A DNA stretch of 64,000 nt from Octopus vulgaris (Eukaryota). The notes under the pieces are model-generated. The model was not told the origin of the DNA, made no database searches, and saw only the letters and a list, made by a program, of their open reading frames with translations. The DNA is taken from assembly GCA_951406725.2 (NCBI GenBank), contig OX597836.1, positions 50,034,001 through 50,098,000 of the forward strand, given 5' to 3'. This document shows, in pieces, positions 26,649 to 40,770 of the stretch (the stretch's first letter is position 1; each line of letters opens with the position of its first letter). Made by a program: the position numbers and the translations under genes.

Positions 26649-27738
26649 CTGATGATGTTTGTCTTTGTCATGCTCTGCTCGGTGGTTCCACTCTCGTCAA
26701 AACTTGTCTCAGACGAGGAGTAGAGGAAGAATCGGTCGACAGGTGACGCTTCATCGGGTGAATCCCAGCTGCAGGTCAGGGTCAGTGGGCTGGGTTTCTG
26801 TTTCTGCTGCTTGCCCCGTGGCATTTCATCTTCTGTGGCAGAAACAACAACAGCAGCAGCAGCAGCAGCAGTAGTTGTGGTTGTTGTTGTTGTTGAGGTG
26901 ATGGCAGCCGTTGGGGCCACAGCAGCAGAAGATGGTTGTGACGATGGTGGTGGTTGTTGTTGGGGTGTAGATGTCGTCATCAATGGTGACGAACACACCT
27001 GGAAGACAGCAGCGGAGAGCTCGTGGGACAATCCTTTCATTTCTTCCCACTCGTACAGTTTGTGTGCAAACTCATCGGTGATCTTGTATTCCGCCAGTGG
27101 TCCGAGCATTGTACCTGCCAGCTTAGGATCAAAGTCAAGCTGACCAGCCTGTTCCTTTTCACTTTTGCTCGTTGACCGCCTCTGGCGACCCTTTTCAGCA
27201 GAGACGGACCCTTTCTTTGATTTTTCACCATCTTTTCCTTTACTTTTCTCAGACTTGGAACTTTTTTCTTTCTCTTTTTCCTTTTCTTTGTCCTTTTCTT
27301 TTTCGGATTTTGACTTCTTCAGTTTGTATTTACCTTCTTTTCGGCTTCTTGAGCTGGATGACAACAAGGGGCTGCCCTCCTTCCGATATTTAATGCTTTC
27401 CCATTCCTGAATCTTCCTAGAGAAGCTCTCTGTCAGGTTGCGTTGTAGCTCATCCACATTGACCGGTGAGGGTGTCATGGCAGGACTGGTACTAGCAGAC
27501 GTCATTGCCATGGAACTGGGGGTGGTTGTTGTAGTAGTGGTGATGGTTGTTGTTGTACCAGTACTAGAAATGCTAGTGGTACTAGTAGTAGTGGTGGTGG
27601 TTGGTGTTGTAGTTGTGATTGCGGTCTTAGCATCAGTTGAAGAAGGAGATGGTGAAGGAGAGGGAGAGGCAGCCCCATCGGTTACTTTTTCACTTAAACT
27701 ACCAGACTCCCATTTCAGCTTCTGAACTGGGCCATGGC
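26649..27738 (-). CDS. 1090-nt coding exon (Thr/Ser-rich, Lys/Glu-rich, two WE motifs)
   Basis: Lies within ORF 26645..27934. Acceptor gttcaattgcag|GC CAT GGC (phase 1), donor ATCAG|GTGAGG (phase 2). Confidence 0.9.
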
Positions 27739-27809
27739 CTGCAATTGAACAAAACATACAATTTAATAATAATAATAATAACAATAATAATGGTTTTAAA
27801 TTTTGGCAC

Positions 27810-27853
<44 letters not shown>

Positions 27854-30691
27854 ATGATGTAATATTAAAAAAAAAATTTGAACAGGTGAGAAGTTAGGCA
27901 AAATATGGAGGATGATGTGAATTAATGAAAACAAAGAGAAAAGATATAATGGTTCTAGAATATTTTGGGAAAGACTGACCTTTTCAAATATGGGAAAGAA
28001 AATATTTAGAGTTTGAAGAAATAAGTAATTACTGGAAAGTCATTTTAATGTGTTGTCACAAGAAACTAGAAGTCCGTTAAGGAGACAACAGAAAACCATC
28101 ATTAAAGTAGTCCGCATCTCTTCAGAAAATCAGACTCTTTTTCTGTTTATCGTGAAGAATGTTTGATTCTTGAGATCATCCCTCTTTCCTTAGAAGTTTG
28201 TCTCAATTGCCATCAAGTAATTGTTTTACTTTCTCTTGAAGCCTAGCCAGTGTCAATAAATCAAAAATTCTTTTTGGATGGTATTTAATATTCTCTTCCC
28301 CATTCTGGTTGAAATCCATGCCACTGGACCCTCTCATTTATTTGCCTTTGTCCAGTTTTGTTCCATTTATACAAATTACCTCCCAAGTCATAAATGTATT
28401 TTACACTTTTTTTGTTTATGTCTACATATCTTGCTGTGCAGAAGACACTGCTGAGCAGATGATGCCCAAAGAGGCAGAAACACATGTCAAAAGTTGTCCT
28501 CTTGTCTCTATGTAATTAGAATGTCTCTTCAATAGTGGCATGTCAATTTTGGAGAAATTGTTGTGGTTACCTCCCCTCTCTTTTGGAATTGATCCTACCT
28601 GCCACCAAGCAATTGTTTCACCTTTTCTGGAAGCAGAGGAAATTTCAAGAAATCAACAACCTTCCTTGTATGGTCTTTTTCAACTTAATATATGAAATGT
28701 GTGTGTGTGTGTGTAAACCAAATGGCTGCTTATTTCTCTGGGATTGGTCAAGTGATGCAGACACACTGGATGAGACCCCAGTAAGGTTTGAAACTTGATT
28801 AAGACCATTCATCATTTTTTTCAATCAATAAAGAATTAGGTAACTATGACATGCTTGTATGTCTCTACACACATGCACATGTACACACACACACACACAT
28901 GTTATGTATACGTGATATATTTGGTGTGAAAAGGTAAAGGTTCTCTTCTCAAGTCATGTTGACTTGTAAGGGCTGGTTTCCTGATTGGTGTATAAATTTC
29001 CCTTGACCCCCTGGGATGTGATGCCAGTCTGTCGCAGGATGACTCAGTTTTGGCAGCTGAGTGGCCTGGAGCAACATGAAATGAAGTTTTTTGCTCAAGA
29101 AAATAGCACATCACCCGGTCCAGGAATTGAAACCACAATCTTATGATCATGATGCTGACACGCTAACTACTGGTTCAACATGATAGATGTGCGCACGTGT
29201 GTGTGTGTGTGTGTGCGCGTGTGTGTGTCTGTGTGTGTAAAACATATATACACACACACGCACAATAAATATTCCTTTCTACTCCAAGCACAGAGCCTGA
29301 AATTTTAGGGGTACTTATTTGATCAACCTCCAAAAGGATGAAAGGGCAAAGACAACCTTAGTGGAATTTGAACTCAGAACATAAAGATGGATGAAATATT
29401 GGCAAGCATTTTGCCAGGTACACTAACGAGTCGACCAAGAGGTCACCTTTGGACAATAAATGTGACAGCAGCCAACACTGACCTTTGCCTTTGGTTTGCT
29501 CCCACTCAACAGTCCTTTTTGTTGCATCCTTCAGGATTGGTTGGATGGTGCTTCCACTCAGCTTCCACTCAGCTCCTGACAAACAGAGTAACAACATTCA
29601 CCTGAGTGAAGCAACATGAGTGAGGGTTAGTTGCATTGTGAGATGGAAGTTACAGTAGGGGTCACAGTAATTGTAGTGGTGAAGGTAGTAGTGGTAATGG
29701 TGGCCATGATAGGAGAGGTGGCATCAGCCGGAGTAGTAGTGGTGGGGTCTGTCAGTTGTTATGAAGGGTGAGATGTGTGATATTGTTAGCAGTGCTGATA
29801 ATTCTAATATTGGGGGTCACAGCAGTTTGTATTTTAGTGAAGGAATAATAGGTTCAAGTTTTGGCACAAGGAAGGGGGGGGGGGGGAGTTAAATCGATTA
29901 TACTGACCTGAGGTGCTCAACTGGTCCTTACTTTATTGGCCCCAAAAGGTTGAAGGGCAAAGTCAATCTTGGTAAGATAAGGCTGCTAGAAATGCTGTGA
30001 AAGACACTTATACTAGTTTAGGACTTTTTAAGGGAGGAATAATGTCAGTATTCTTGGCCCTTTTCAGGGATTCTGTATCTATTAGGAAGTAGGAAGTAAG
30101 TTAGCTTTGGTCCACAGGACTGAGTGGATCCTTCTAAAGGTACATAGCACCAAGGGGCTTGTTAGTAGGTGGCTGGGTGTGTGTGTGGGGTGTCATACTG
30201 GATGGTGGATTAAGTCTACAATGCAGGGGGATCTGAGGAAATGGGGCTAGCTGGGCTTTTATGGGAGTCATCGTAATCATCATCATCATCAACATCATTT
30301 AGCATTCACTTTCCCATGCTTGCTTGGCTCAGACAGAATTTGCTGAGTCAGATTTTCTACAGCTGGGATGCCTTCCCTGTTGCCAACTCTCACCTGTCCT
30401 CCAAGCAAGATTAATATTTCTCCAGTGACCAGACATGATTTCATGGAAGATTGAAAATGAATGGCACTTTTTGCATAATGGTAACATTGGCAACTATCAT
30501 GCAAAGTTCAAAGCAAGAACACAGTATCACACACACATATACACACATATAAATATATATATATATTTACACACACACACACACACACATATGTATGTAT
30601 GTATGTATGTATGTGTGTATATATATGTAACTACTTGATAAATTTTATAAAGATTTTATCCTATTTTTCAATTATAATTATATAAATATTA

Positions 30692-31470
30692 CCATCATCA
30701 TCGTCATCGTTGTTTAACGTCCGCTTTCCATGCTGGCATGGGTTGGAAAGTTTAACTGAGGGCTAGCAAGCCAGAAGGCTGCACCAGGCTCTAATCTGGT
30801 CTGGCAGAGTTTCTATAGCTGGATGCCCTTCCTTAACGCCAACCACTCCAAGAGTGTAGTGGGTGCCTTTTTACATGTCACTGGCACAGGGCCAGTCAGG
30901 TGGCACTGGCAATGGTCACACTCGAAGGGTGCTTTTTACGTGTCACAGGCACGGGACCAGTGAGGCAGTACTGGTATTAACCAAGCTTGAATGGTGCCTT
31001 TTACGTGCCAGTCAGGCGGCACTGGCATTGTCCACAACAATGACTTCTCTTCACTCAACAGTTCTTCACAAGCACAGTTTATTGCCCAATGATTGAAGGG
31101 TGCTCTTAAATGGGCCAGTCATACTACACTGGCATAGACCATGGTTACACTCTCACTTGGCTTGCTGGGTCTTCTCAAGCACAGCATATCTCCAAAGGTC
31201 TCAGTCGCTTGTCATCACCTCTGTGAGGCCCAACGTTTGAAGGTTGTACTTTACTGCCTCATCCCAGGTCTTCCTGTGTCTACCTCTTCCACAGGTTCCC
31301 TCTACTGGTAGAGTGTGACACTTTTTCACATAGCTGTCCTCATCCATATGCAATACACACCTCATCTGATGCTTCTTATGTACAACTTTTCTCTCAGGGT
31401 GCGTACACTCTGTTGTATGTACACACTGACATTACACATCCAGTGGAACATACTAGCTTCATTCCTTGCA
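30692..31470 (-). mobile_element. Dispersed retroposon, family C, ending in a (GAT)n tail
   Basis: Shared 3' end acccatgccagcatggaaagcggacgttaaac...gatgatgatg. Homologous long copy at 62735-63250(-); shorter copies near 25135-25330, 30275-30530, 34738-34900(+), 50366-50600, 51935-52102(+). Confidence 0.75.
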
Positions 31471-33609
31471 GGCTTATGCACACACACACACACACAACAA
31501 GTTTCTTTCAGTTTCTCTTTCCAATATTCAGTGAGAAGGCCTTGGTTGGTCTGGACTTATAGTAGGAGACAATTGCCCAATGTGCCATGCAGTGAATCCC
31601 AGATCACATGGTCTGGAAGCAAGCTTCTCAACGAAACCACATGGCCATAGGTTTGCAACAGAGTGGACCCTTCCAGTGATGGTAGCCAAGGACATGGGGT
31701 GGGATGATGGAGTAAGTCTGGCATCCATGGAAACCAGAGCCAGGGAAGAAGCAGAGTTACAGAAGCATTGATGACAATTTAAAGCTGACAAGACTTGGGA
31801 GAGGAAGGCCTCCCCTTAGGGAAGCTGTGGTACTAAGGGAGGGCTGGAGAGAAGCAGGGATCCAATTGGAGAAAAGCAAAAAACAGCCCAGAATCAAGAA
31901 TAGGGTAGAAAAGTCATCAATGGTCCTTTGACCCATGGCGATTAAAGGGAACAAGAGGCTTAAGTAAGTGACAAATTCATCCTTTAGGTAAAGTGTTCTC
32001 TTCCTGTTTGAGATGGGAAGTTGCAGTTTAAAAGTGATTTAGTTGCTATTTCTAACAAGTTAAGCAACTATCTAGAAGCTTTCTCATATATATGATTGTT
32101 GCTTGGTTCCAGATCAACGTTGATTGAGCAGACCTATTATTTAGACATTCCAAACATGACCTTCTGTTATATCTATGACTATCTTACACTGTGTTTTTCT
32201 ATTTTTAAAAGGAGATGCAGTGTAATTTGAGATTTGGCTGCTCTTTCAAGCAGACTTGCCATCTCTATTGTGGCTTCCTCGTTGGCTTGATTGTGCTGGG
32301 TTGAAGTGGTCAAAGGTCAATGGAGCAGCAACAGTGGTTGGCAACATGACCATGACCACCACCAATAAACAACTGTTGGGAGCCAGTATTCTGACCTTAG
32401 GCACATCACTACCCCAGTAACTGCATTTGAACCTGTGACTTTCTGGGATGGAGGTCCATGTCCTGTTATCTACTTCTTGATTCTGAGGACAAATAGGAAT
32501 GAATTGAAGATCTTTAGAAAATAGTTTGGGGCCAAACCATTCCAATGATATATTGTAACAAAGACAAGATGGAGATTGCCTCTTGACACAGGGGCAGGGA
32601 GAACAGCTGAAGCAGTGGTGGTGGTGGGGGGAGTATTAACAGTGATGATAGCAATGGTGGTGGTGGTGGTGGTGGTGGTAAGCAGTAGACAGTGTGGTCT
32701 TAGTAAGTTGTTACAGACATTGAAAAAAAAAAAGGTTAAAAATGAAACTAGTGCCAAAATCACCCGAAACAAATAATTCTTCTGAAATAAAATATTAAAA
32801 CTAAATATAATCCTATGAAAATTTGGAAAGAAATCTGGCAGATAACAAGATAAGGCAAAGAGAAGACAACAACAACAACAACAGCACCACTGTGGTCGAA
32901 CTCACTTCCTGTTGAAACACTCTTCAAACACTAGAGGCAATTATAAGAATTCCTGTCTGTAATCAACTCTACTCCTACCCCCACCCCAACACAGAGAATA
33001 GTTTCATACATTAACAGGAATCAGAAGAATCAATGAACAGATGAATTCTTGAGTCACAGAGCAACACCATTTCTGGAAGTTTGTTTATTTGAAAGGAATT
33101 CCTTGTTCACAACAATAAACAAACACATATTCATTCGTTCAGTTATTTTAAACCCCCCACCCCTGCTTCAGTCATCAGATTGTGGGCTATGCTGAATCAC
33201 TGCACTTTAAGAATTAGTCCACATAAAATTTGAGAAATTTGAATTTTACAGTTTCACAGTCTGTTCACACCATGTGATTTTACCATTGTGATAGAACACA
33301 GAGTTTAGAGAGATTCAAGTTTTTTCTCTCCTAATTTAATCTCACTGTGATCCTGGTTATGTCTTTCTGTCCCACTCTCCAACCTCCCTCTTGCAGTACG
33401 CTTGCTATGTAAACATAAATCCAAAATTGTATATTTTTCTTCTTTTTCTCATGCATCACTTGTTTTATCATCATCGTCATCGTCGTCATTTAACGTCTGC
33501 TATCCACACTGGCAATGGTTGGATAACTTGATAGGAACTGGCAAGGCTAGGGCCCACACCAGATTCCATAGTTGAACTGGTGGTGGAACTTGAAGCAATC
33601 TAGGGCCAC

Positions 33610-33800
33610 TACACTTAGAAGATTGAACTAGTACAACAGACAAGCTATTGGGAGAGGTTAAAGGAACTGAAGCTCTTCTCCAGAGAGAGAAGACATGAAA
33701 TATATGCAATGATATCCGTATGGAAGAGCCTGGAAAGTGTAGCTCGCAAATGTGGAACTGGAAACTCTACCAGCCAGCAGACTGGACGGCATTTCGCAAA
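33610..33800 (+). mobile_element. CR1-type LINE ORF2 C-terminal fragment
   Basis: Translation SYWERLKELKLFSRERRHEIYAMISVWKSLE resembles the CR1 YxERLxxLxLxSLExRR motif. Confidence 0.6.
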
Positions 33801-34042
33801 AGAAAATCGATTCGTAACAATGAATGGAATAAATAAAATGAGGAACAGCAAACGTGTTATGAATTGATTTTTCACTCATTACACAACATTTGAAGTGAGC
33901 TGCAGAGCCTGAAGATGTAAATTTAAGAACTTCAGATTTTAATGAAGCTGTTTTAAAAGGATTTTGCAATAAAAAATATATTCTTGAAGACATATTTCAA
34001 AAATCTGTGTAAAAAGTACCTTTTCCACTCTACCCTAATGTA

Positions 34043-34082
<40 letters not shown>

Positions 34083-35190
34083 CATATATGTATGTATGTA
34101 TGTATATGGACATATATATTTGTGATAATCTTATCTACAAAAGGCACAAGGTCTGACATTTGCAGGGAGAGGGGTGTGCAACTAGTTCTCATTTTATCAA
34201 TTTCAAAAGGATGAAAGATAAAGTTGACCTTGGCAGCATTTGCACTCAGACCTTAAGGCCAACCAAAATGCATTTCACCCAATGATTCTGCCACCTTCTT
34301 ATTTGGAAGTAATAATGCCAATGGAAGTGATTTCATTCAGACATTTTAACATCCTCAACATCCAGCATCTACTTTTCTGTCCGTGCGTCAGTTAGATGCA
34401 ATTTGTCAAAGCAGGTTTTACTCTGGCTGGATGCCCTCTCTGTTGCCAACCCTTGCTTATTTCCTGATGGCTGGACATGTTTTTACACTAAAGATTGGAA
34501 ACGAATGGCATGGGGCTAATGCTTGTTTATAGACATCGCATAATGTCAAGACGAAGGACGGAGACACACATTCATGATGGACTTGCTTCAGTTTCCATCA
34601 GCTCAATCCATTCCCGAGGCTTTAGTAAAAGACACTTACCTAAGGTACCACACAGTGGGACTGAACCCAAGACCTCATAGTTGAGAACAAAAGCAAGCTT
34701 CTTTACCCCATGGCCATTTTATATGTGTGTATATATAGCGTTAGGAAGGGCATCCTCCTGGCATTAGGTAGGGCATCCAGCTGTAGAAACCAATATAGAC
34801 ATGGGGCCTGAACAGCCTTTCAACTGTCAAACTGTCAAACCGTCAAACCCATGCCGGCATGGAAAACGGACATAAATTATGATGATAATGATGATGATGT
34901 ATATTATTTTATATTTCATATTGAAATATTTTATTACATTTTTTAATTAATTTATTACTACAGAGTTGTTTTTTTTTCATTCTCCCCTTCTTTCTCCTCC
35001 TCCTCCTCTCTTATCTCCATCACGCCCCTTCCCCTCCGCTGCTCCACCCCATTCTGGCTCTGTTCATTTCCTTCCCCAAGAAATAACAATTTGCCTGTTG
35101 TTATCTTGCAACGAGTTGTTACATACAATGTGGCTGTTTGTTGTTGTTTTAAGTTGGTATGGGGAGGGGTTCAGAGGTGGTGGGGGAGGT

Positions 35191-35225
<35 letters not shown>

Positions 35226-35707
35226 AAATTAAGAAAGGAGGATGTCTTCTTTCTTTCTTTACAACACCCTTCCACCACCACCAAACATCCGGTTGAGGTA
35301 ATGAGATAACCTCTATGTGGTCACTAGAACCACTAGAAACAGCAGCCAGATCTTCCTCATACCACATCCTGCTGCCATTAAAAGAAAGGGTAAGGATTAT
35401 GTGGTCCTAAGACAATAAAACAACTCGATTGGGTTTAAAAACACCATCAAAACTAGAAAACAACCAGAAAAGTCATTACTGTTTAGCCCCAGGTCAACCC
35501 TACTGAGCACTCCAGTTATGACCATCATGTCTTTAAAACTACATTATATAATATGTTCTTTCCATTTCTAAAGTGGTTGGGTGTGATTTAAGAGAGATTT
35601 GACTGCTATGTCTAGTAGAACAAGTTACCACATAGAGGCTCTTTCATTCAATCAAGTTTGGATAAATAACATTTGATCAGAAATATTCAGCCAAGGTGAA
35701 ACTCATG

Positions 35708-35749
35708 CTTCACTGATGAGGTTATGATAAAACTGAAACAAGTCTGGAG
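35708..35749 (+). ncRNA. Minimal type I hammerhead ribozyme fold
   Basis: cttca-CTGATGA-ggtt atgataa aact-GAAA-caag-TC-tggag: stem I 5 bp (one G-U), stem II 4 bp, GUC site. Confidence 0.6.
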
Positions 35750-36541
35750 TTATTTTTCTGTACTTGATGAAATAATTAAGATAATATTTCTTTTCCTTCT
35801 GCTTCATCCTTTCACCCCATGGGGAGCCTGACGGGCCACACAGATCTTCATCTGTCTCAATCTCTGGCACTTTACTTCCTATGAACCTTCTCCACGTTTT
35901 CCATTTGCCATGCTTCCAACTTCCTTGGGGGTGGCCATTAGAAGGCTTGGTATATAATGCTGAAAACAGGTTTCCTTATGTTGTCCTCCAACCAACACCC
36001 TAACCCCATTTTCTCCTCCTCTTCATCTGATTTGCTTCTTCCAGCCATGAATTATTTCCGTGTATCAGCCATGTTGAGTCGGTTTGCTTTCTGGTGTCAC
36101 CAAGGAGGAAAGAAGGAGACAAAGAGACAGGATGTAAACCAACAGACACTCCATCGGTTATCACAACAAGGCTGACAGTTGATCCGATCAACGGAACAGC
36201 CTGCTGCTCATGAAATTAACGTGCAAGTGGCTGAGTACCCCACAGATACACATAGCTTTAATGTAGTTCTCTGGAAGATCCAGAACGTGACAAGTCTGGC
36301 CCCTTTTGAATTACAGGTACGACTTACTTTTGCCAGCTGAGTGGACAGGAGCAACATGAAATAAAGTGTCTTGCTTAAGGACACAGTGAAGCACTGGGAA
36401 TTGAACTTGTGACCTCAGGATCAGGAGCCAAGTCCTCTAACCACTAAGCCATGCATCTTCACCCAAACATATAAACCTTCAATTGTTCAATTAACTTTCA
36501 TAAAAAACAAAGGAAAAACATTTCGTATCCAAAACACTGAC

Positions 36542-36622
36542 CTTTGGCGAAGCCTGTGGCCTGCATACACTTTAATTCTTCCCATTGTTTCATCTTTTTC
36601 GTAAAGTCTTCTGTCATTCCAC
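36542..36622 (-). CDS. 81-nt coding exon of the same gene (GGMTEDFTKKMKQWEELKCMQATGFAK)
   Basis: Polypyrimidine acceptor ctttctcttag|GT and donor AAAG|GTCAGT; phase 1 to phase 1, matching both neighbours; encodes a motif repeated twice in the next exon. Not in the ORF track. Confidence 0.85.
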
Positions 36623-39600
36623 CTAAGAGAAAGAAGGAAAATATTTAAAGAATTAAAGTTTTTTTTTTTTAAGTTTAAAGAAAAAATTTGGGAAGAAATT
36701 TGTCATAGAAAGTTAAATGAGAAATTCTGTAAAAGAATTTTAAAGAAAATTCACGAAAGAGAAATCAGTTGAAATAATTCTGAGTTTAAGAAAAGGGAGA
36801 CATTGTTAAATCTATGATTATAAAACCACATTTTATAAATGTGGATCATTTAAGGAAACGAAATGATCTCCTCATAAGAGCCATTGATTAACTTTGGTTT
36901 TTTTTGTGATCCTAAGTAGATGAGAATTAAATCTCATCTACTTAAACTGTCTGTTGTCTGTTATAGACATTGATATTTCCAAATGTTCTGCCAACAACAG
37001 ATCGTTGGACGGTTTTGTACCCTACACACATTTCTCAGTCACTCCTTTCTCAATGGAGAATATCAACACCTATTTGTAAACAGGCATCATGAGAAAGCCA
37101 CAGTGCTCAGCTGCAAGCAGCAGGAGCATCATATACTACACAGGTGTTCTGACCTACATTGGACAACTAGAGACTATTTGGTGTAATTTCTCCTAGAGAT
37201 GAAGAAATTAACCAGATTCCCAGGAATTTAATCCCACCATGGGGCTGTTTAAGCCTGATTGAGCAGATTTGTAACCAAAGGCATTGTAACACCAAACTTT
37301 CCATTGCTTATACAACAATAAAGTACCCTGGACTACATTATCTAATGAATCTTTTTTTAGAATGGTAAATTTGGCTACTATTTCTAGCAAGTCAAGCAAC
37401 CATAGTTATCTTCAATGGAATAGCAGTGATTTGAAACCTAACCGCTAGATACTCAGTAAGGCACCACGTATGAATCATCAAGGTTTTATGCAGTTGGCCT
37501 TTTACATGATAGCTCAGCATGAGGCTGTGGCACAATAAGATTTTCTTGAATGTTCTAGAATTTGGCTTCTGGGATCCTGTAAAATCTGTTTGGTGTGTAG
37601 CTTAGATGACCAATGGACCTTCGTTGCCATGGAATTGTCTTCATCTATTTTGGGACTGACCACATGTCACACAGACAGCTTTCTATAATTTCCGAGCAGT
37701 TTGTCCCACCTCTCATTCACCAATTATTCATATCGTTCATCGTAAATAACCAGCCCCAAATATCTTTACGTCTGGCAATAAATATTTCAGCGAAATGTCT
37801 GCGAGTTTGCTTCAGTTACTATTCTTGCTCCCAATGAAAGATATCCTCAGGTCACAATTGGTCTGTAGCCCTCCATAGTTTGTCCTGTAAGAACTTCAAT
37901 TTTCCTCTCATACATCTCTCTCTTCTCTTTCTTCTCATGCAATGAGCTTCTTTCAGTTTCCATCTACCAAATCTACTCATAAGGCTATAGAAGACACTTG
38001 CCCAAGGTGCCAAGCAGTGAGAAAATCCAAGACCATTTGGTTGGGAAATAGATTTCTTAACCCTACAGCCATGCCTGCACATAAATATTTTCAATATTCC
38101 AATGAGTATCTCTCATGAGTGATGCTACTCAATCGATAAGCAACCATTGTGCTCAATCGATAAGCAACCATTGTGCATTGAAAGAATGTTTTATAAAAAC
38201 ATTAGTACAACCCAAGTAGATGACTGGTACTTTATTTCATTGAAGCTGGAAAGATTGATGAAGGGCAAGCTAAAAGGGATTTGAACTCAGGAGATAAGGA
38301 GGTGGTGGAATAAATACCAGAAGGTATTTTGTTCAATGCTCTTCTGATTTTTGTCGGTCCATCACCTTTGAAATTTTTGAAGTGATAAGGAAAGAGAGAA
38401 AAGAAGGAGAGAGTGTGAGGGAGAGATAAGGAGAGAGAGAGAAGGTGAGAGAGAGAAGGTGAGAGAAGGAGAATGAAAGACATTAAAAATGAAAGAAATA
38501 TAAAATATAAAAAGATGAAAATGAAGAAGAATTCCTTTAAATTTAACAGCAACATGAACAAGAATAACAACAACAACAACAGCAGCAGCAGCCGTAGAAA
38601 CAGCATCTTTTGAGATCAATTGACCGAATTAGAATCTGTGGTGTTAATCTGCAAACAGCTCCATTGTTAGTCCTAGATACACTATGTCTGCAATAAAAAT
38701 GTGATGGCCACAGCTGGAATGCCTTGCATCACAGGGTTGTAAGATCAAAGCAGAACTGGAGCTAAGCTACAATTACAACAACTCTGAGTTGTATTTCAAA
38801 ACTCAAATCATCTCGACTTGGATATTCACAGCTAAGTGGACTGGGCCAGTCTATTGAGAGTAAATGGCTTTGAGCACAAGCACATTGCAAGACTGGCTGA
38901 CCAGAACACACAAACTAGGGTTGGGGCACTGTTTCATGCTGGATGGCCATGTTGAAGTTGTCTGCTTTCTGGCAAGGCTGACTAATGGACAAGGCCATGA
39001 TTTTTCTAGGTCTTTCAACGATGGTAATGCCCTGATAGGAACATTCTTCAGGAGTCTTCCCTATTTCCTGCAGCAAGAATTCAGACCAAGTGTCCAACTT
39101 AGAAAACTCAAAATCTCTGACCCTCTCTAGCAACTCATTTGTCCTGTTTTTTTTCCACATTACCCCACCTTGCCCCTCAGTCTTGGTGACCATAGGGGCT
39201 GCCCTTCTTTCTTTGTATAGCTCATAATTTCAATCCCCCTGTTGGGAATGCTTTTAATCAATCCCCTCAGTAAAGTGTTTAGTAAATGCATAAATGTCAC
39301 AACTTCCCTCTAAGATTATAGGGATTAATGTAAGGAGATTTGTCATCTTCCATGTAGCATCAAGGTTCTGAGCTAATGTAAGAAATGAGGATTGTCAATG
39401 CAGTGAAAAGGGAGTTGAAAAAGGGGCCAAGTGTGAGTATCCTTATTTTACAGAATCCAAGTCCTAGCAACACATTTCAGTATGATGTAATACTGTTGTA
39501 TTATACCAGTAATATACCAGGGATCAAGTTAGTTCGCTTTCTCAATGTAAGAGTGGTAGGGCCCCTCCAAGAGATGCAATGAATAATATCTGCTGCTTGT

Positions 39601-40738
39601 TTGTGGGATACAGTAAAAAGTTGTGGCTGTGAAACCCAGATCTAGTCATTTGAGTGTTGAGTTGAGGTTAGTAACCCTCCCTGCTCCTCCATGGAAATAA
39701 ACAAGGTTTCCTGCTGCTGTGTAAACATCATCAAGAAACCAAACAACAGAACTGACTTATCCTGAGCAACGGAGAGTTCCCTCTGTTGAAGAGGTCGATG
39801 GTATGATTGTGTGAAAGCTGTTGTAGGAAGACTGGTTTGCAAGCGAGACCCCTGGAAATGAGCCCCTAACCCTAACCCCACCTAATTTCCTAGGAAACAA
39901 AAGGGGACTAAATATTGTCTGGGTAATCTTTGAGATGGAAAGCTAGTTGAAAAGATTATGAAGAATGCAAGGACTTGCAAGGTATGGCTGTGTGGTAAGA
40001 CGTCTGCTTCCCAACCACATGGTTCTGGGTTCAACCCTACTCTGCATGGAAACTCGGGCAAGTAGCTTCTAATATAGCCTTGGGCCGACCAAAGCTTTAT
40101 GAGTGAGTTTGGTACATGGAAACTGCAAAAAAGCCTGTTGTATGTAGATATATAAATATGTGTGCGTGTGTCTGTATCTATTGATGACTGGTGTTGGTCT
40201 GTTTACATCCCTGTAACTTTGCATCTTAGTAATAAGGCACAATAAAATACGTGCCAGGCTTTAAAAACAAATAAGTCCTGGAGTCAATTTGTTTGATCTA
40301 AACCCTTCAAGGTTGTGCCCCAGCATGGCCACAGTCTAATGATAGAAACAAGATAAAAGTTAAAAGATGTTGGTTTGTGCTTTGCAGGACTCTGAAGGGC
40401 AAAGAGGACTTCAGTCTACAAAAGCCTAACTCTTTGAAATAATTAAGACAGATTATAACGAACACCAAGAAAATGGAAGGAAAATAACGAATAATAAAGT
40501 CAAAATCAAAAATCACATTGAATAATTGGAAGTTGAGCAGTTTTTGTTGCTGTTGTTGTTGTTGATGATGATGCTACTATTGCTGCTGCTGCGCCTGCTG
40601 CTGCTGTTGATACTATTACTGTATCAGTGTTGTTGTTGATGATGCTATTGTAAGTGTTTCTATTATGTTGAGTCTGTTCTGCAGGGACAGCAATGGAAGA
40701 TGATGGTGGAGGCAGAGGGGAGAATGATGATGTTGTTG

Positions 40739-40770
<32 letters not shown>

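Noticed and set aside
27739-27934. Apparent hydrophobic signal-peptide-like N-terminus of the 429-aa ORF
   Set aside because: Lies upstream of the splice acceptor at 27739 and derives from intronic (TAT)n and (CA)n repeats.
28450-28800. Two hammerhead-like strings (cagatgatgcc...ggcagaaacacatgtc; ctggatgagacc...ggtttgaaac)
   Set aside because: Core mutated or interrupted and stem I not complementary; at most old remnants.
38840-39900. Possible very old minus-strand LINE RT fragment
   Set aside because: Only vague motif resemblance with many stops; cannot be supported without a profile search.
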